Positions 44,666 through 54,688 of a DNA stretch of 64,000 bases are shown in pieces. The DNA comes from an uncultured Actinomycetes bacterium. GTDB taxonomy: Bacteria; Actinomycetota; UBA4738; HRBIN12. The stretch covers positions 416,001 through 480,000 of the forward strand of contig OY969934.1 in the NCBI GenBank assembly GCA_963704725.1, written 5' to 3'. How positions within the stretch are numbered: the first letter of the stretch is position 1; the number at the start of each line of letters is the position of its first letter. A program made the position numbers and the translations under genes. The notes under the pieces are model-generated. The model worked only from the letters and a program-made list of their open reading frames with translations. It did no database searches and had not been told where the DNA came from.

Positions 44666-46231
44666 CTAGGCCTTGACCTCCTCGACGTGCGTCGTGCCGT
44701 AGCCCTCGGACTCGGGGTGCCCGTGCTCGCCCTTCGTGAGCGCGAACTCCTCCTCCGGAGAGAGCACCAGCCGATGCCTGCCGGCGATCGCGAAGTACAG
44801 GACGCCGAGCACGTAGTAGATCGCGACCCCGTACACACCGGGCCGATATGCCTCGTTCAGGAAGATCGAGGCGAGGGAGACGATCGCGATGATGCCTGCG
44901 ATCCCGGCGCCCGCCTCTCCCCACGGGCTGCGGTACGGGCGATCGATGTTCGGCAGGTTTCGCCGCAGCAGGATGAACGAGATGCATTGCAGGGTGTAGG
45001 AGATCACCGCCGCGAACACCGCCATGTTGAGGACGGCGGCCACGACCTGGGCGGAACCGTTCCCGCCCCGACGACCGACGTACCACTGCAGCCACACGAC
45101 GATGAACCCGACGATCGCACCAGCGACCAGGGCGACGTGCGGGGTCTTCCGGGTGCCGTGCGTGATCGACAGGAACTTCGGGAAGTAACCGGCTCGCGAC
45201 AGAGAGAAGGTGTTCCGGCCGTACGCGAAGATGATCGTGAAGAAGCTGGCGATCAGGCCGAGCAGCCCGATCAGGCCGAGCAGCTCCGCGGCCGTCCCCT
45301 CGCCGAACACGCCCTTGAAACCGTCGAACAGGGGCGTTCCCGACGCGCCGATGCCCGAGGCCCCGCCGCCGACGGCGCTGTTGATCAGCAGCGTCAGGAT
45401 GCTCGCGATGAGCAGGGTGTGCATCCCCCAGATCGTGCCCTTCGGCACGTCCCGCCTGGGGTCGTGCGACTCCTCCGCAGCGAGCGGTACCTCCTCGATC
45501 GCGAGGTAGAACCAGATCGCGAAGGGGAGGGACTTGAAGATGCCGCTGATGCCGAAGGGGAGGAACGGACCTCCGCCGTCCGCGAGCGCGTTCCCGCCGT
45601 CCTTCGGGATGTTGAACCACAGACCGAAGTCGACCTTCCCGGACACGATCGCCGCCACGTAGAAGACGGCGAGGATCCCGAGCGCGACGATGGTGATCGC
45701 GACGGTGAACCGCATCGTGGCCTCGATGCCGATGATGTTGATGCCGACGAAGACCACGTAGAACACGGCCCACCAGAACGGCTCGCTGTTCCACCACGGT
45801 TCACCCGTGATGTCGAGCAGGCCGGCCATGATGTCGTGCATCAGGAGGCCCATGGCCGCGACGACGACCGCCGGCGTGATCACGTACTCCATGTTCTCGG
45901 CGAGGCCGGTCGTGAACCCGCCCCACGGTCCCATCGCGGACCGGGCGAACGAGTAGGCGCCCCCGGTGTGCGGGAGGGCAGGCGACATCTCGGCGATGCT
46001 GTAGCAGAGGCCGTAGTACATGACCGCGATCACCGCGGTGGCGATCAGCAGGCCCCCGAACCCACCCGTCCCGAGCCCGGCGTTCCATCCGTAGAAGTCG
46101 CCGGAGATGACGGCCCCCACGCCGAGCGCCCACAGCGACCAGACCCTGGCGTGCCGCCGGAGCCCTCGCTGCTCGAAGTAGTCCTGACCCACCTCCTGGT
46201 AGGTGACGGACCCGACCTTGCGTTCCGACAC
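44666..46231 (-). CDS. APC amino acid/amine permease (ethanolamine permease-like)
   Basis: LGVGAVISGDFYGWN, PHTGGAYSFAR, WFYLAIEEVPLAAEE, LSPEEEFA; SD GGAGGT before GTG 46231. Confidence 0.9.
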   Translation of the reverse strand: MSERKVGSVTYQEVGQDYFEQRGLRRHARVWSLWALGVGAVISGDFYGWNAGLGTGGFGGLLIATAVIAVMYYGLCYSIAEMSPALPHTGGAYSFARSAMGPWGGFTTGLAENMEYVITPAVVVAAMGLLMHDIMAGLLDITGEPWWNSEPFWWAVFYVVFVGINIIGIEATMRFTVAITIVALGILAVFYVAAIVSGKVDFGLWFNIPKDGGNALADGGGPFLPFGISGIFKSLPFAIWFYLAIEEVPLAAEESHDPRRDVPKGTIWGMHTLLIASILTLLINSAVGGGASGIGASGTPLFDGFKGVFGEGTAAELLGLIGLLGLIASFFTIIFAYGRNTFSLSRAGYFPKFLSITHGTRKTPHVALVAGAIVGFIVVWLQWYVGRRGGNGSAQVVAAVLNMAVFAAVISYTLQCISFILLRRNLPNIDRPYRSPWGEAGAGIAGIIAIVSLASIFLNEAYRPGVYGVAIYYVLGVLYFAIAGRHRLVLSPEEEFALTKGEHGHPESEGYGTTHVEEVKA

Positions 46232-46377
46232 GTGACCACCTCCCCCTGGTGCGGAACCCCCTAGGCCGTACGGGGCGTAATTCAGCCCGAACCGGCGCCG
46301 CATGTCAAACAGGGAGGGAGGTCCCCGCGCCCCTTCAGGCGTCGTTCGCGCAGGCAACCCCAGGTTGACGATGGGCG

Positions 46378-46390
46378 TTTGTCAGACAAA
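46378..46390. promoter_or_regulatory. Palindromic GntR-type operator TTTGTCAGACAAA
   Basis: Perfect palindrome just downstream of TTGACG (46365-46370) and upstream of the GntR gene. Confidence 0.65.
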
Positions 46391-46421
46391 TATGGCGGCC
46401 GTTCGGCGGCCGGGGGAGGCC

Positions 46422-47159
46422 ATGGGGAGGTCCAGATCCAAGACGGTCTCGGTGCGCAGGCACATCGCCACGCGGATCCTGGGCGTGCCGGCGGGGAGCC
46501 AGCTTCCCCCCGAGCCTGAGCTCGCCGCGGAGCTGGGGGTCTCCCGGGCCACGCTCCGCGAGGCGCTCCGCTCCCTCGAGGAGGAGGGCCTCGTCCGCCG
46601 GACGCGCGGCGCCGGCACCTTCGTCGCGGACCGGCCCAGGATGGCCAACAACCTCGATGCCAACTTCGGTGTGACCGACGCGATCCGGTTCTCCGGCATG
46701 GAGCCCGGCACCGAGCAGGGATCGCTTCGGATCGAGGCGGCATCCGCCGACGAGGCGGATCAGCTCGACCTCCAGCCGGGCGAGGACGTCGTCGTCGTCG
46801 ACCGCGTCCGCACGGCCGACGGGCGGCCCGTCGTCCTCTCGCGCGACATCCTGGCGCTCCGACTGATGGGGGAGGATCCCGCCGTGCTCGCCCGGCTCGA
46901 GACGAACTCCGTGTACGAGGTCCTGGAGCGCGATCTGGGGATCGTGATCCATCACGGGCTCGCCTCGTTCCGCCCCACGCGGGCCGACGGACACGTCGCG
47001 TCGCGGCTGCGCGTTCCTCGCGAGACGCTGTTGCTCTACATCCGGCAGGTCGACTTCGACGACACGGCACGCCCCGTCGTCTCCTCGCACGAGCATCACC
47101 TGGCCGACGCCTTCGACTTCACGGTCGTCCGGCGCGGTCCCGGAAGGAGGTACACGTGA
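46422..47159 (+). CDS. GntR (HutC/UTRA subfamily) transcriptional regulator
   Basis: LPPEPELAAELGVSRATLREAL...GAGTFV; UTRA domain RVRTADGRPV. Confidence 0.92.
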   Translation: MGRSRSKTVSVRRHIATRILGVPAGSQLPPEPELAAELGVSRATLREALRSLEEEGLVRRTRGAGTFVADRPRMANNLDANFGVTDAIRFSGMEPGTEQGSLRIEAASADEADQLDLQPGEDVVVVDRVRTADGRPVVLSRDILALRLMGEDPAVLARLETNSVYEVLERDLGIVIHHGLASFRPTRADGHVASRLRVPRETLLLYIRQVDFDDTARPVVSSHEHHLADAFDFTVVRRGPGRRYT

Positions 47160-47998
47160 CCACGCAGGTAGGCAAGGCGATGCGACTGAAGCGTGTGATC
47201 GATCCCGCGGGGGTGTCGATCATCTGCGCGCTCGATCACGGCATGACGTCGCCGACGTTCCTCGAGCCGCTCGCGGACATCGCGACACGCGCGGCCGAGA
47301 CCGTGGCCGGCGGCGCGAACGTGATCATGATGAGCAAGGGGATGATCCGCATCGCCGAGCCGGCGTTCTCGCCGACGACGTCGCTGGCGCTCCTGCTCTC
47401 GGCGTCGGGGAGCCCAGACGGCGACCGTCCGCAGATCGTGCAGATCGCGGAGGTCGAGGAGGCGCTCGTCCTCGGCGCGGACGCCGTTGTGCTCTTCACG
47501 GCGCTCGGCGGCGACACGGAGCCCGGGATGATCGAGATCCTGGCCTCGGTCGGGCGGGAGTGCGCCGCGCTCGGCATGCCGTTCATCGCCGAGGCGGAGT
47601 TCCCCACCACCTACGCGACCGTCGAGGTGCTCAAGCACCAGTACGGGTTCGAGTACCTGCGGCGCAACGTCCGCCTGTGCGCCGAGCTCGGCGCCGACAT
47701 CGTGAAGACCAACTGGCCGGGCGACCCGGAGTCGTTCGGCAAGCTCGTCGAGGCGGCCAACGGGATCCCCGTCGTGCTGGCGGGGGGCTCACGGCTCGAG
47801 GATGCGGAGCTTCTGGGGCGGATGCAGGCGGCGGTCGAGGCCGGCGCGATCGGCTGCTCGGTCGGCCGGAACATCTTCATGCACCGCTCGCCGGAGGCCA
47901 TCACGCGGGCGCTGGCCCGGGTGATCCGCGAACGGTGGAGCGCCGACAAGGCGCATGAAGCGCTCCGCTCCGAGGTCGGGGAGGGGGCGAGCGCATGA
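47156..47998 (+). CDS. Class I aldolase, DhnA/LsrF family
   Basis: ALDHG, GADAV, AELGADIVKT (Schiff-base Lys), VVLAGG, GRNIF. Confidence 0.88.
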   Translation: MTTQVGKAMRLKRVIDPAGVSIICALDHGMTSPTFLEPLADIATRAAETVAGGANVIMMSKGMIRIAEPAFSPTTSLALLLSASGSPDGDRPQIVQIAEVEEALVLGADAVVLFTALGGDTEPGMIEILASVGRECAALGMPFIAEAEFPTTYATVEVLKHQYGFEYLRRNVRLCAELGADIVKTNWPGDPESFGKLVEAANGIPVVLAGGSRLEDAELLGRMQAAVEAGAIGCSVGRNIFMHRSPEAITRALARVIRERWSADKAHEALRSEVGEGASA

Positions 47999-49047
47999 GG
48001 GCCGCCTTCATGACCGCCGTCGACGCGGTCGAGATCCGTGAGACCGAGGAGCCCAAGCTCGACGCCGCCGGTGCCATCTTGAAGGTCGAGGCCTGCGGCA
48101 TCTGCGGGACGGACGCCCGGACGTTCTTCAACGGCGACCCGCGCGCCCCCGTGCCATGGGTGCTCGGGCACGAGCCCGTGGGCGTGCTCGAGGAGGTCGG
48201 GCCCGACGCCGTGCTTCCGCCCGGCGTGAAGAAGGGGGCCCGCGTGTTCCTGGGCTCGATCCTCACGTGCGGCGAGTGCCGGTGGTGCGTCGACGGGTTC
48301 CAGAACCTGTGCGAGCACCACCTGCTGTACGGCTACGACCCGTTCCCCGGCGCGTACGCCGGTTGGGCCGGCGTCCCGCCGATCGCGACGAAGAACCTCA
48401 TCCCGCTGCCGGCCGACCTGCCCTCGGACCTCGCGACCGTGGCCGATCCGTTCGCCTGCGCGCTGAACGGCGTCGAGGTGCTCGACGTCCGTCTCGGCGA
48501 CACCGTCGTGATCCTGGGGACGGGGCCTATCGGGTGCTGGCAGGCGGTCATGTGCCGCGACCGCGGCGCCGGCCGGATCTACCTGAGCGACGTGAAGAAG
48601 GAGCGGCTGGACGTCGCCCTCGGCATCATCGGCGACTTCGTCGACGATGCCTGGGTGGCGGGTGCCGACAACGGGGTGGGCGAGGTCATGACCCGAACGG
48701 CGGGCCGCGGGGCGGATCGGATCAGCGTCGCGGCGCCGTCGAAGGAGGCCCAGCAGGCGGCCCTGGAGATGGCCGCCAAGCGCGCCCGGGTCGTCTACTT
48801 CGCCGGCCTGCCCAAGCACGACCCGGTCAGCCCGCTCGACATGAACCAGCTCCACTACAAGGAGCTCGCCATCCTCGGCGCGTACGGCGCGACGCACCGC
48901 CAGTACCGGATCACGATGGACTACCTCGACCGCCGGCAGGAGGATCTCGCGCGGGTGGTGACGCACAGGTTCTCGCTCGAGCGCATCGGGGACGCGTTCG
49001 AGACGATCCGCTCGGGCGCGGGGCTGAAGATGGTGATCCTGCCGTGA
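47995..49047 (+). CDS. Zn-dependent polyol/alcohol dehydrogenase (MDR family)
   Basis: CGICGTD, LGHE, CGECRWC..C, GTGPIG. Confidence 0.9.
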   Translation: MRAAFMTAVDAVEIRETEEPKLDAAGAILKVEACGICGTDARTFFNGDPRAPVPWVLGHEPVGVLEEVGPDAVLPPGVKKGARVFLGSILTCGECRWCVDGFQNLCEHHLLYGYDPFPGAYAGWAGVPPIATKNLIPLPADLPSDLATVADPFACALNGVEVLDVRLGDTVVILGTGPIGCWQAVMCRDRGAGRIYLSDVKKERLDVALGIIGDFVDDAWVAGADNGVGEVMTRTAGRGADRISVAAPSKEAQQAALEMAAKRARVVYFAGLPKHDPVSPLDMNQLHYKELAILGAYGATHRQYRITMDYLDRRQEDLARVVTHRFSLERIGDAFETIRSGAGLKMVILP

Positions 49048-50567
49048 CCGCTCCCTACGTGATCGGGTGCGACGTCGGAAGCCAGGGGACGAACTGCGCC
49101 CTGTACGCGGCCGACGGGACGCTCGTGGCGTCGTCGTACCAGGCGTACGACCTCTCGTACCCCTTCCCCGGAGCGGCGGAGCAGGACGCGGACCTGTGGG
49201 GGGTGGCGGTCGCCACCGGCGTCCGGGAGCTGCTGTCGAGCGTCCCGGAGGGCCCCTCGGCGGTGAAGGGGCTCTCGTTCGGCTCCCAGCTCGACGGGAT
49301 GGTCGTGTGCGACGGGGCGGGACAGGCGCTTCGCCCCGCGATGATCTGGATGGACCGGCGCGCCGAGGCGCAGGCCGCGACGGTGGCCGGGCGGATCGGC
49401 CGCGAGGACTTCTACCGCAGCGTGGGCGCGAACCTGGACTCCTCGCACGCCGTGTTCAAGGCCCTGTGGGTTCGCGACGAGGAGCCGGACGTCTGGGCCC
49501 GAACGGCGCTGCTCATGTCGCCGGGGACGTACGTCCTGCGCCAGGTCGCCGGCGCCGTGGCCGTCGACTACTCGAACGCGTCCTCGTTCGCGCTGCTCGA
49601 TCCGCGATCGCGGACGTGGTCGGCGGAGGCGTTGGCGGCCGTCGATCTGGGCGAGCACCTCCTGCCGGAGGTGGTGGCGGCGACCGAGCCGATCGCGACG
49701 ATCACGGCGTCGTTCGCGGAGTCCACGGGCCTGGACCCGGCAACGGTTGTCGGCGTCGGTTGCGGCGACGAGATGGCGGCGACGCTCGGCGCCGGCGTGT
49801 TCGCCCCCGGCGAGGTGTGCGACGTGGTCGGCACCGCGGAGCCCGTCTGCGCGGCTTCTGCCGAGCCCCGCGAGGACCCCACGATGCTCGTGGAGTGCCA
49901 CCCGCACGCCGACCCCGACGCGTGGCTGCTGGAGAACCCGGGGTTCGTCTCGGGCGGGAACCTCCGGTGGTGGCGCGACCACTTCGCGCCGCTCGAGCGC
50001 GCCGCCGAGGCCGAGGGAGGTGGCGACGCCTACGACCTCCTGTCGGCGGAGGCCGAGCGGATCCCGCCGGGCGCCGAGGGGCTCGTGTTCCTGCCGGCGA
50101 TGCAGGGCGCGATGGCGCCGGAGTGGAACGGGGCCGCGCGCGGCGTCTTCTCGGGCCTCACGCTCGCGCACACCCGAGCGCACATGACGCGGGCCATCCT
50201 GGAGGGCAGCGCGTTCGGCCTCCGGGACATCCTCGAGGCGATGGGGAACGCGGGCCTGGACGTCCGCCGGCTCACGATCGTGGGCGGCGGTGCCAAGGGG
50301 CCGTTGTGGCGACAGATCAAGGCCGATGTCACCGGGCTCCCCGTCCGCGTCCCGGCCAGCGTCGAGACGACCGCCACCGGCGCGGCGATCCTCGCGGCCG
50401 TCGCGTCGGGCGTCCAGGCGAGCATCGGGGACGCGGTCGAGGGCTTCGTCGCGTTCCGCCCCGACGTCCACGAGCCCGACCCCGAGCGTCACGAGGCCTA
50501 CGACGAGGCCTACCGCCGGTACCGAGACGTCTACTTCGCGCTGAAGCCCGTGTTCGAGCGGGCCTGA
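49044..50567 (+). CDS. FGGY-family carbohydrate kinase (xylulokinase-like)
   Basis: IGCDVGSQG, WMDRRA, GCGDE, VGTA, RAILEG, GGGAKG. Confidence 0.9.
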   Translation: MTAPYVIGCDVGSQGTNCALYAADGTLVASSYQAYDLSYPFPGAAEQDADLWGVAVATGVRELLSSVPEGPSAVKGLSFGSQLDGMVVCDGAGQALRPAMIWMDRRAEAQAATVAGRIGREDFYRSVGANLDSSHAVFKALWVRDEEPDVWARTALLMSPGTYVLRQVAGAVAVDYSNASSFALLDPRSRTWSAEALAAVDLGEHLLPEVVAATEPIATITASFAESTGLDPATVVGVGCGDEMAATLGAGVFAPGEVCDVVGTAEPVCAASAEPREDPTMLVECHPHADPDAWLLENPGFVSGGNLRWWRDHFAPLERAAEAEGGGDAYDLLSAEAERIPPGAEGLVFLPAMQGAMAPEWNGAARGVFSGLTLAHTRAHMTRAILEGSAFGLRDILEAMGNAGLDVRRLTIVGGGAKGPLWRQIKADVTGLPVRVPASVETTATGAAILAAVASGVQASIGDAVEGFVAFRPDVHEPDPERHEAYDEAYRRYRDVYFALKPVFERA

Positions 50568-50571
50568 TCGG

Positions 50572-50856
50572 TCAGCGTGGCCGGCCGAACGGCGTGAGCC
50601 TCGGCAGGACGGCGCCCGAGACCACGGCGACGAGCAGGGCGACCGCTCCGGCGGGCAGGACCCCGATCGCGTTGTCGAGCCACGACCACAGGGTCCCGCT
50701 CACCAGACAGGCCAGCCCGACCCAGGGCGTGACGCGCGCGCGAACGACCACCACCATCAGCACGAACGACAGCAGCATGTAGGCGGGGAGCCAGAAGTCC
50801 CAGTTCGTGGCCAGGTTCGGCCCCGGGCCGCCCACGCCCATCATCTCCAGCATCAC
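50572..50856 (-). CDS. Small membrane hypothetical protein
   Basis: Three hydrophobic segments; fits the gap after the SDR gene. Confidence 0.45.
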   Translation of the reverse strand: MMLEMMGVGGPGPNLATNWDFWLPAYMLLSFVLMVVVVRARVTPWVGLACLVSGTLWSWLDNAIGVLPAGAVALLVAVVSGAVLPRLTPFGRPR

Positions 50857-50886
50857 TCGATCGTACGCGCCCGCGGGCGCTTCGGA

Positions 50887-51666
50887 TCAGTCCTCGGGGG
50901 TGACGTACGCGGCGGTGATCCCGCCGTCCACGATGAGCGACGCCCCGGTCATGAACGACGAGTCGTCCGAGGCCAGGAACAGCGCGGCCTTGGCCAGCTC
51001 CTCGGCCTGCCCGAGCCGCCCCATGGGGATGTGGACGAACCTGCGTCGCCGCTTGGCCTCGTCGGACAGGAGCTGCATCAGGAGCGGCGTCTCGATGGGT
51101 CCGGGACACAGGGCGTTGCACCGGATCCCCTTGCGGGCGTACTCGACGGCGATCTCCCGGGTCATCGCGAGCACGGCGCCCTTGGAGGCCGTGTAGGCGG
51201 TCTGGGAGGTCGCGGCGCCCAGCCAGGCGACGAAGGAGGCGACGTTGACGATCGAGCCGCCGCCCGAGTCGAGCATCGCCGGGATGCCGTGCTTGCAGCC
51301 GAAGGCGACGCCCTTGACGTTGATCGCGAGCGTGGTGTCCCAGATCGACGCGTCGGTCGCGTGCACCGACCCGTCCTCGGGCAGCATGACGCCGGCGTTG
51401 TTGTACAGGACGTGGAGGCCGCCGAACCGCTCCACGGCGGCGACGACCATCCCCCGCGCGTCGTCCTCGGACGAGACGTCGGCGTGGACGTACGCGGCGT
51501 CGCCGCCGGCCGCCTGGATCTCCCCGGCCACTCGCTGGCCGGCCTCGTCGGCGACGTCGGTGAGGACGACCTTCGCCCCCTCCTCGGCGAAGAGCCGGGA
51601 GGCCACCATCCCCATCCCGCTCGCGCCGCCGGTGATCAGCGCCACCTTGCCGTCGAGCCGTCCCAT
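50887..51666 (-). CDS. Short-chain dehydrogenase/reductase
   Basis: TGGASGMG, NNAG, YTASKG, NALCPGP, VDGG. Confidence 0.92.
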   Translation of the reverse strand: MGRLDGKVALITGGASGMGMVASRLFAEEGAKVVLTDVADEAGQRVAGEIQAAGGDAAYVHADVSSEDDARGMVVAAVERFGGLHVLYNNAGVMLPEDGSVHATDASIWDTTLAINVKGVAFGCKHGIPAMLDSGGGSIVNVASFVAWLGAATSQTAYTASKGAVLAMTREIAVEYARKGIRCNALCPGPIETPLLMQLLSDEAKRRRRFVHIPMGRLGQAEELAKAALFLASDDSSFMTGASLIVDGGITAAYVTPED

Positions 51667-52157
51667 CACGCCTCCCCTCGCTCGTCGCGGACGCGCGGAG
51701 CATACGGGTCGCCCGGCAGGCGGGCGACGCGCCACACCGCCGCCAACCCCTCGGGCGTCCCGGGCCAGTGGCGCCTGACGGCGTCCCGACCGGCCCGGCG
51801 GACGACCGATCGGAGCGTGGCGGCGACGATGACGAGATCGTCCGCGTAGCCGACCACGGGGATGAAGTCGGGGACGAGGTCGAACGGCGTGGCCAGGTAC
51901 GCGAGCAGGAGCCAGAGGCGGACGCGGACGCCCCGTGGCAGCGTCGGATCGCCGGCGATGCGACGCAGGAGCCGGACCGCGTCCGGGAGCAGCCGGAGTC
52001 CCTCCGACGCCGCGGCCCGGCCCGGAGCCCGGGTCAACAGGAACACGAGCAGGGCGAGCCACGAGAGCAGGAGCGCGCCGCCCACGCCGATCAGCATCCT
52101 CACCGCCACGTCGCCGAGCCGAGGCGATCCCTGCCCCTCGGCCTCCCCGCCTATCAT
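51666..52157 (-). CDS. DUF1232/YkvA membrane protein
   Basis: YLATPFDLVPDFIPVVGYADD; start uncertain. Confidence 0.85.
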   Translation of the reverse strand: MIGGEAEGQGSPRLGDVAVRMLIGVGGALLLSWLALLVFLLTRAPGRAAASEGLRLLPDAVRLLRRIAGDPTLPRGVRVRLWLLLAYLATPFDLVPDFIPVVGYADDLVIVAATLRSVVRRAGRDAVRRHWPGTPEGLAAVWRVARLPGDPYAPRVRDERGEA

Positions 52158-52189
52158 CGTTCGTCGGACGTTGGGGGAGGAGACGGGGC

Positions 52190-53629
52190 ATGACGACGGA
52201 GCTGCTGGTGCTGGGGGGCGAGCGGAAGCCGGCGGCGGACGGCGCGACGTTCGAGGTGACCGAGCCCGGTACGGGCGCGCCGATGGCCACGGTCGCCGAG
52301 GCCGGGGCGGAGGACGCGAGGCGGGCGGTCGACGTCGCGGCCCGTGCCTTCGAAGAGGGGGCGTGGCGCCGGATGAGCGCCACCGAGCGCGGCCGCATCC
52401 TGCTGCGCGCCTCGGTCCTGGTCCATGAGCGGCTCGAGGCCTTCGCCGCCGTCGAGTCCCGCAACGCCGGCAAGCCGATCACGTCCGCGCGCGGCGAGAT
52501 GGGGACCGTCGCCGCCGTCCTCGAGTACTGGGGCGGCGCCGCGAACAAGATCTTCGGCGAGACGATCCCGGTGCAGGACGCCGGCCTCGACATCACCCTG
52601 CGCGAGCCCGTCGGCGTGTGCGCCCTCATCACGCCGTGGAACTTCCCGCTCGTGATCGCGTCGTGGAAGATCGGGCCGGCTCTGGCGTGCGGCAACGCGA
52701 TCGTGGTGAAGCCCGCGACCTACACGCCGCTGAGCGTGTTGATGCTCGCGGACCTGCTGGTCGAGGCGGGCGTGCCGGCGGAGACGATCAGCGTCCTGCC
52801 CGGTCCGGGTTCGACCGCGGGGACCGCGCTCGTGACCGACCCGCGCGTGGCGAAGGTCGGGTTCACCGGCTCGACGGCCGTCGGCGCGCAGATCATGCGT
52901 CAGTGCGCCGACTCGATCACCCGCGTCTCGCTCGAGCTCGGCGGCAAGTCGGCGAACGTGGTGTTCGCGGACGCCGACCTGGACGTGTGCGTCGAGCGCT
53001 CGATGTGGTCGATCTTCGACAACACCGGCCAGGACTGCACGTCCCGCTCACGGATGTTCGTCGAGCGGCCGGTGTACGACGAGTTCGTCGAACGCATCGC
53101 CAAGCGGACGGCCGAGCTTCGCGTCGGCCGCCCGGAGGACGAGGGGACCGATCTCGGCCCGATGATCTCGGCCAGTCAGCGCCAGACCTCGCTGGACTAC
53201 ATCGGGATCGGACTGGAGGAGGGGGCTCGTCTGGTCACGGGGGGCGACGTCCCTGCCGACCCGCCCGCGGGGTTCTACCTGCGGCCGGCCGTCCTCGCCG
53301 ACGTCGACAACGCGTGGCGCGTGGCGCAGGAGGAGATCTTCGGGCCGGTGGCGTGCGTCATGCCGTTCGACACCGAGGACGAGGCCGTCCGGCTCGCGAA
53401 CGACACTCCCTACGGATTGTCCGGCTCGATCTGGACGCGCGATCTCGGCCGGGCGATCCGGGTGGCCAAGGGCATCCGCACGGGCGTCCTGTCGGTCAAC
53501 AGCGCCCACAGCGTGCACACGGAGGCGCCGTTCGGCGGCTACAAGCAGAGCGGGATGGGTCGCGAGATGGGGATGCACGCCGTGAACCTGTACACCGAGG
53601 TCAAGAACGTGTTCTTCGCGCAGGGGTGA
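52190..53629 (+). CDS. NAD(P)-dependent aldehyde dehydrogenase
   Basis: PWNFP, FTGST, LELGGK, GQDC, EEIFGP, PFGGYKQSG. Confidence 0.95.
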   Translation: MTTELLVLGGERKPAADGATFEVTEPGTGAPMATVAEAGAEDARRAVDVAARAFEEGAWRRMSATERGRILLRASVLVHERLEAFAAVESRNAGKPITSARGEMGTVAAVLEYWGGAANKIFGETIPVQDAGLDITLREPVGVCALITPWNFPLVIASWKIGPALACGNAIVVKPATYTPLSVLMLADLLVEAGVPAETISVLPGPGSTAGTALVTDPRVAKVGFTGSTAVGAQIMRQCADSITRVSLELGGKSANVVFADADLDVCVERSMWSIFDNTGQDCTSRSRMFVERPVYDEFVERIAKRTAELRVGRPEDEGTDLGPMISASQRQTSLDYIGIGLEEGARLVTGGDVPADPPAGFYLRPAVLADVDNAWRVAQEEIFGPVACVMPFDTEDEAVRLANDTPYGLSGSIWTRDLGRAIRVAKGIRTGVLSVNSAHSVHTEAPFGGYKQSGMGREMGMHAVNLYTEVKNVFFAQG

Positions 53630-53633
53630 GTCG

Positions 53634-54641
53634 ATGGGTGACTGGCGTCGCGCGCTCCGCAGCGATCCGACGCCCTGGCTCCTCGAACGCGACACGCCGG
53701 CCGTCCGGCATCTCGCGCTTCGCGCCCTGCTCGACGAGCCGGTGGACGCGCCCGCCGTGCGGCGCGCCCGCGCCGCCGCGATGCGAGTCCCGCCGATCGC
53801 ACCGATCCTGGAACACCAGCACGACGCGGGCTTCTGGGACAAGCCCGGCGCCGGGTACGGCCGGAAGTACACCGGGACCGTGTGGTCGATCATCTTCCTG
53901 AATCAGATGGGGGCCGACGGCCGCGACCCGCGGATCGTCCGTGCCTGCGAGTACGTCTTCGACCACACGCAGACGGACAACGGTGGTTTCGGCATCTCGG
54001 GGGCCCTCTCGGAACGCCCCCCGCCTCCCTCCGCCGTGTACCACTGTCTCAACGGCAACCTGCTCCGCGCGATGATCGACTTCGGGTGGCTCGACGATCC
54101 GCGCGTCGGCCGGGCGATCGAGTGGCAGGCCCGGTCGATCACGGGCGAAGGGTTCGACGGCTTCTACCGATCCGGAACCACGTCGGCGGGCTTCGGCTGC
54201 GCGGTGAACGGGGCGAACCCGTGCCCGTGGGGCGCGATCAAGGCCCTGCGCGCGCTCGCGGTGATCCCGACACGGCGCCGTGCTCCGCACGTTCGGCGAG
54301 CCGTCGAGGTCGGCGTCGGGTTCCTCCTGTCCCGGGACCCGGCCATCGCCGACTATCCGACGGGGACGAGCGTGAGCTCCTCGTGGTTCAAGCTCGGGTT
54401 CCCCTCCGGATACGTGGCGGACGTCCTGCAGAACCTCGAGGTCCTGTCCGAGCTCGGCCGGGCGAGGGACCCGCGGCTCGAGCCCGCCACCGAGTGGCTC
54501 CTGTCGCAGCAGGACGCTTGCGGACGGTGGTCCAACCGGTATCCGTACTCGGGCAAGCTCTGGTCCGAGGTCGATCGGCCGGGCGCGCCGAGCAAGTGGG
54601 TCACCCTTCGGGCCTGCGCGTTCCTCAAACGAACCCTCTGA
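53634..54641 (+). CDS. Prenyltransferase/squalene-oxidase-repeat-like (alpha/alpha barrel) protein
   Basis: QW-like repeats ILEHQHDAGFW, VFDHTQTDNGGF, WLLSQQDACGRW; PSKWVT C-terminus. Confidence 0.6.
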   Translation: MGDWRRALRSDPTPWLLERDTPAVRHLALRALLDEPVDAPAVRRARAAAMRVPPIAPILEHQHDAGFWDKPGAGYGRKYTGTVWSIIFLNQMGADGRDPRIVRACEYVFDHTQTDNGGFGISGALSERPPPPSAVYHCLNGNLLRAMIDFGWLDDPRVGRAIEWQARSITGEGFDGFYRSGTTSAGFGCAVNGANPCPWGAIKALRALAVIPTRRRAPHVRRAVEVGVGFLLSRDPAIADYPTGTSVSSSWFKLGFPSGYVADVLQNLEVLSELGRARDPRLEPATEWLLSQQDACGRWSNRYPYSGKLWSEVDRPGAPSKWVTLRACAFLKRTL

Positions 54642-54688
54642 CGCGGGAGCCGCCCGACCGGCTCCCACGCCGAGAGCTTCCCGACTCC

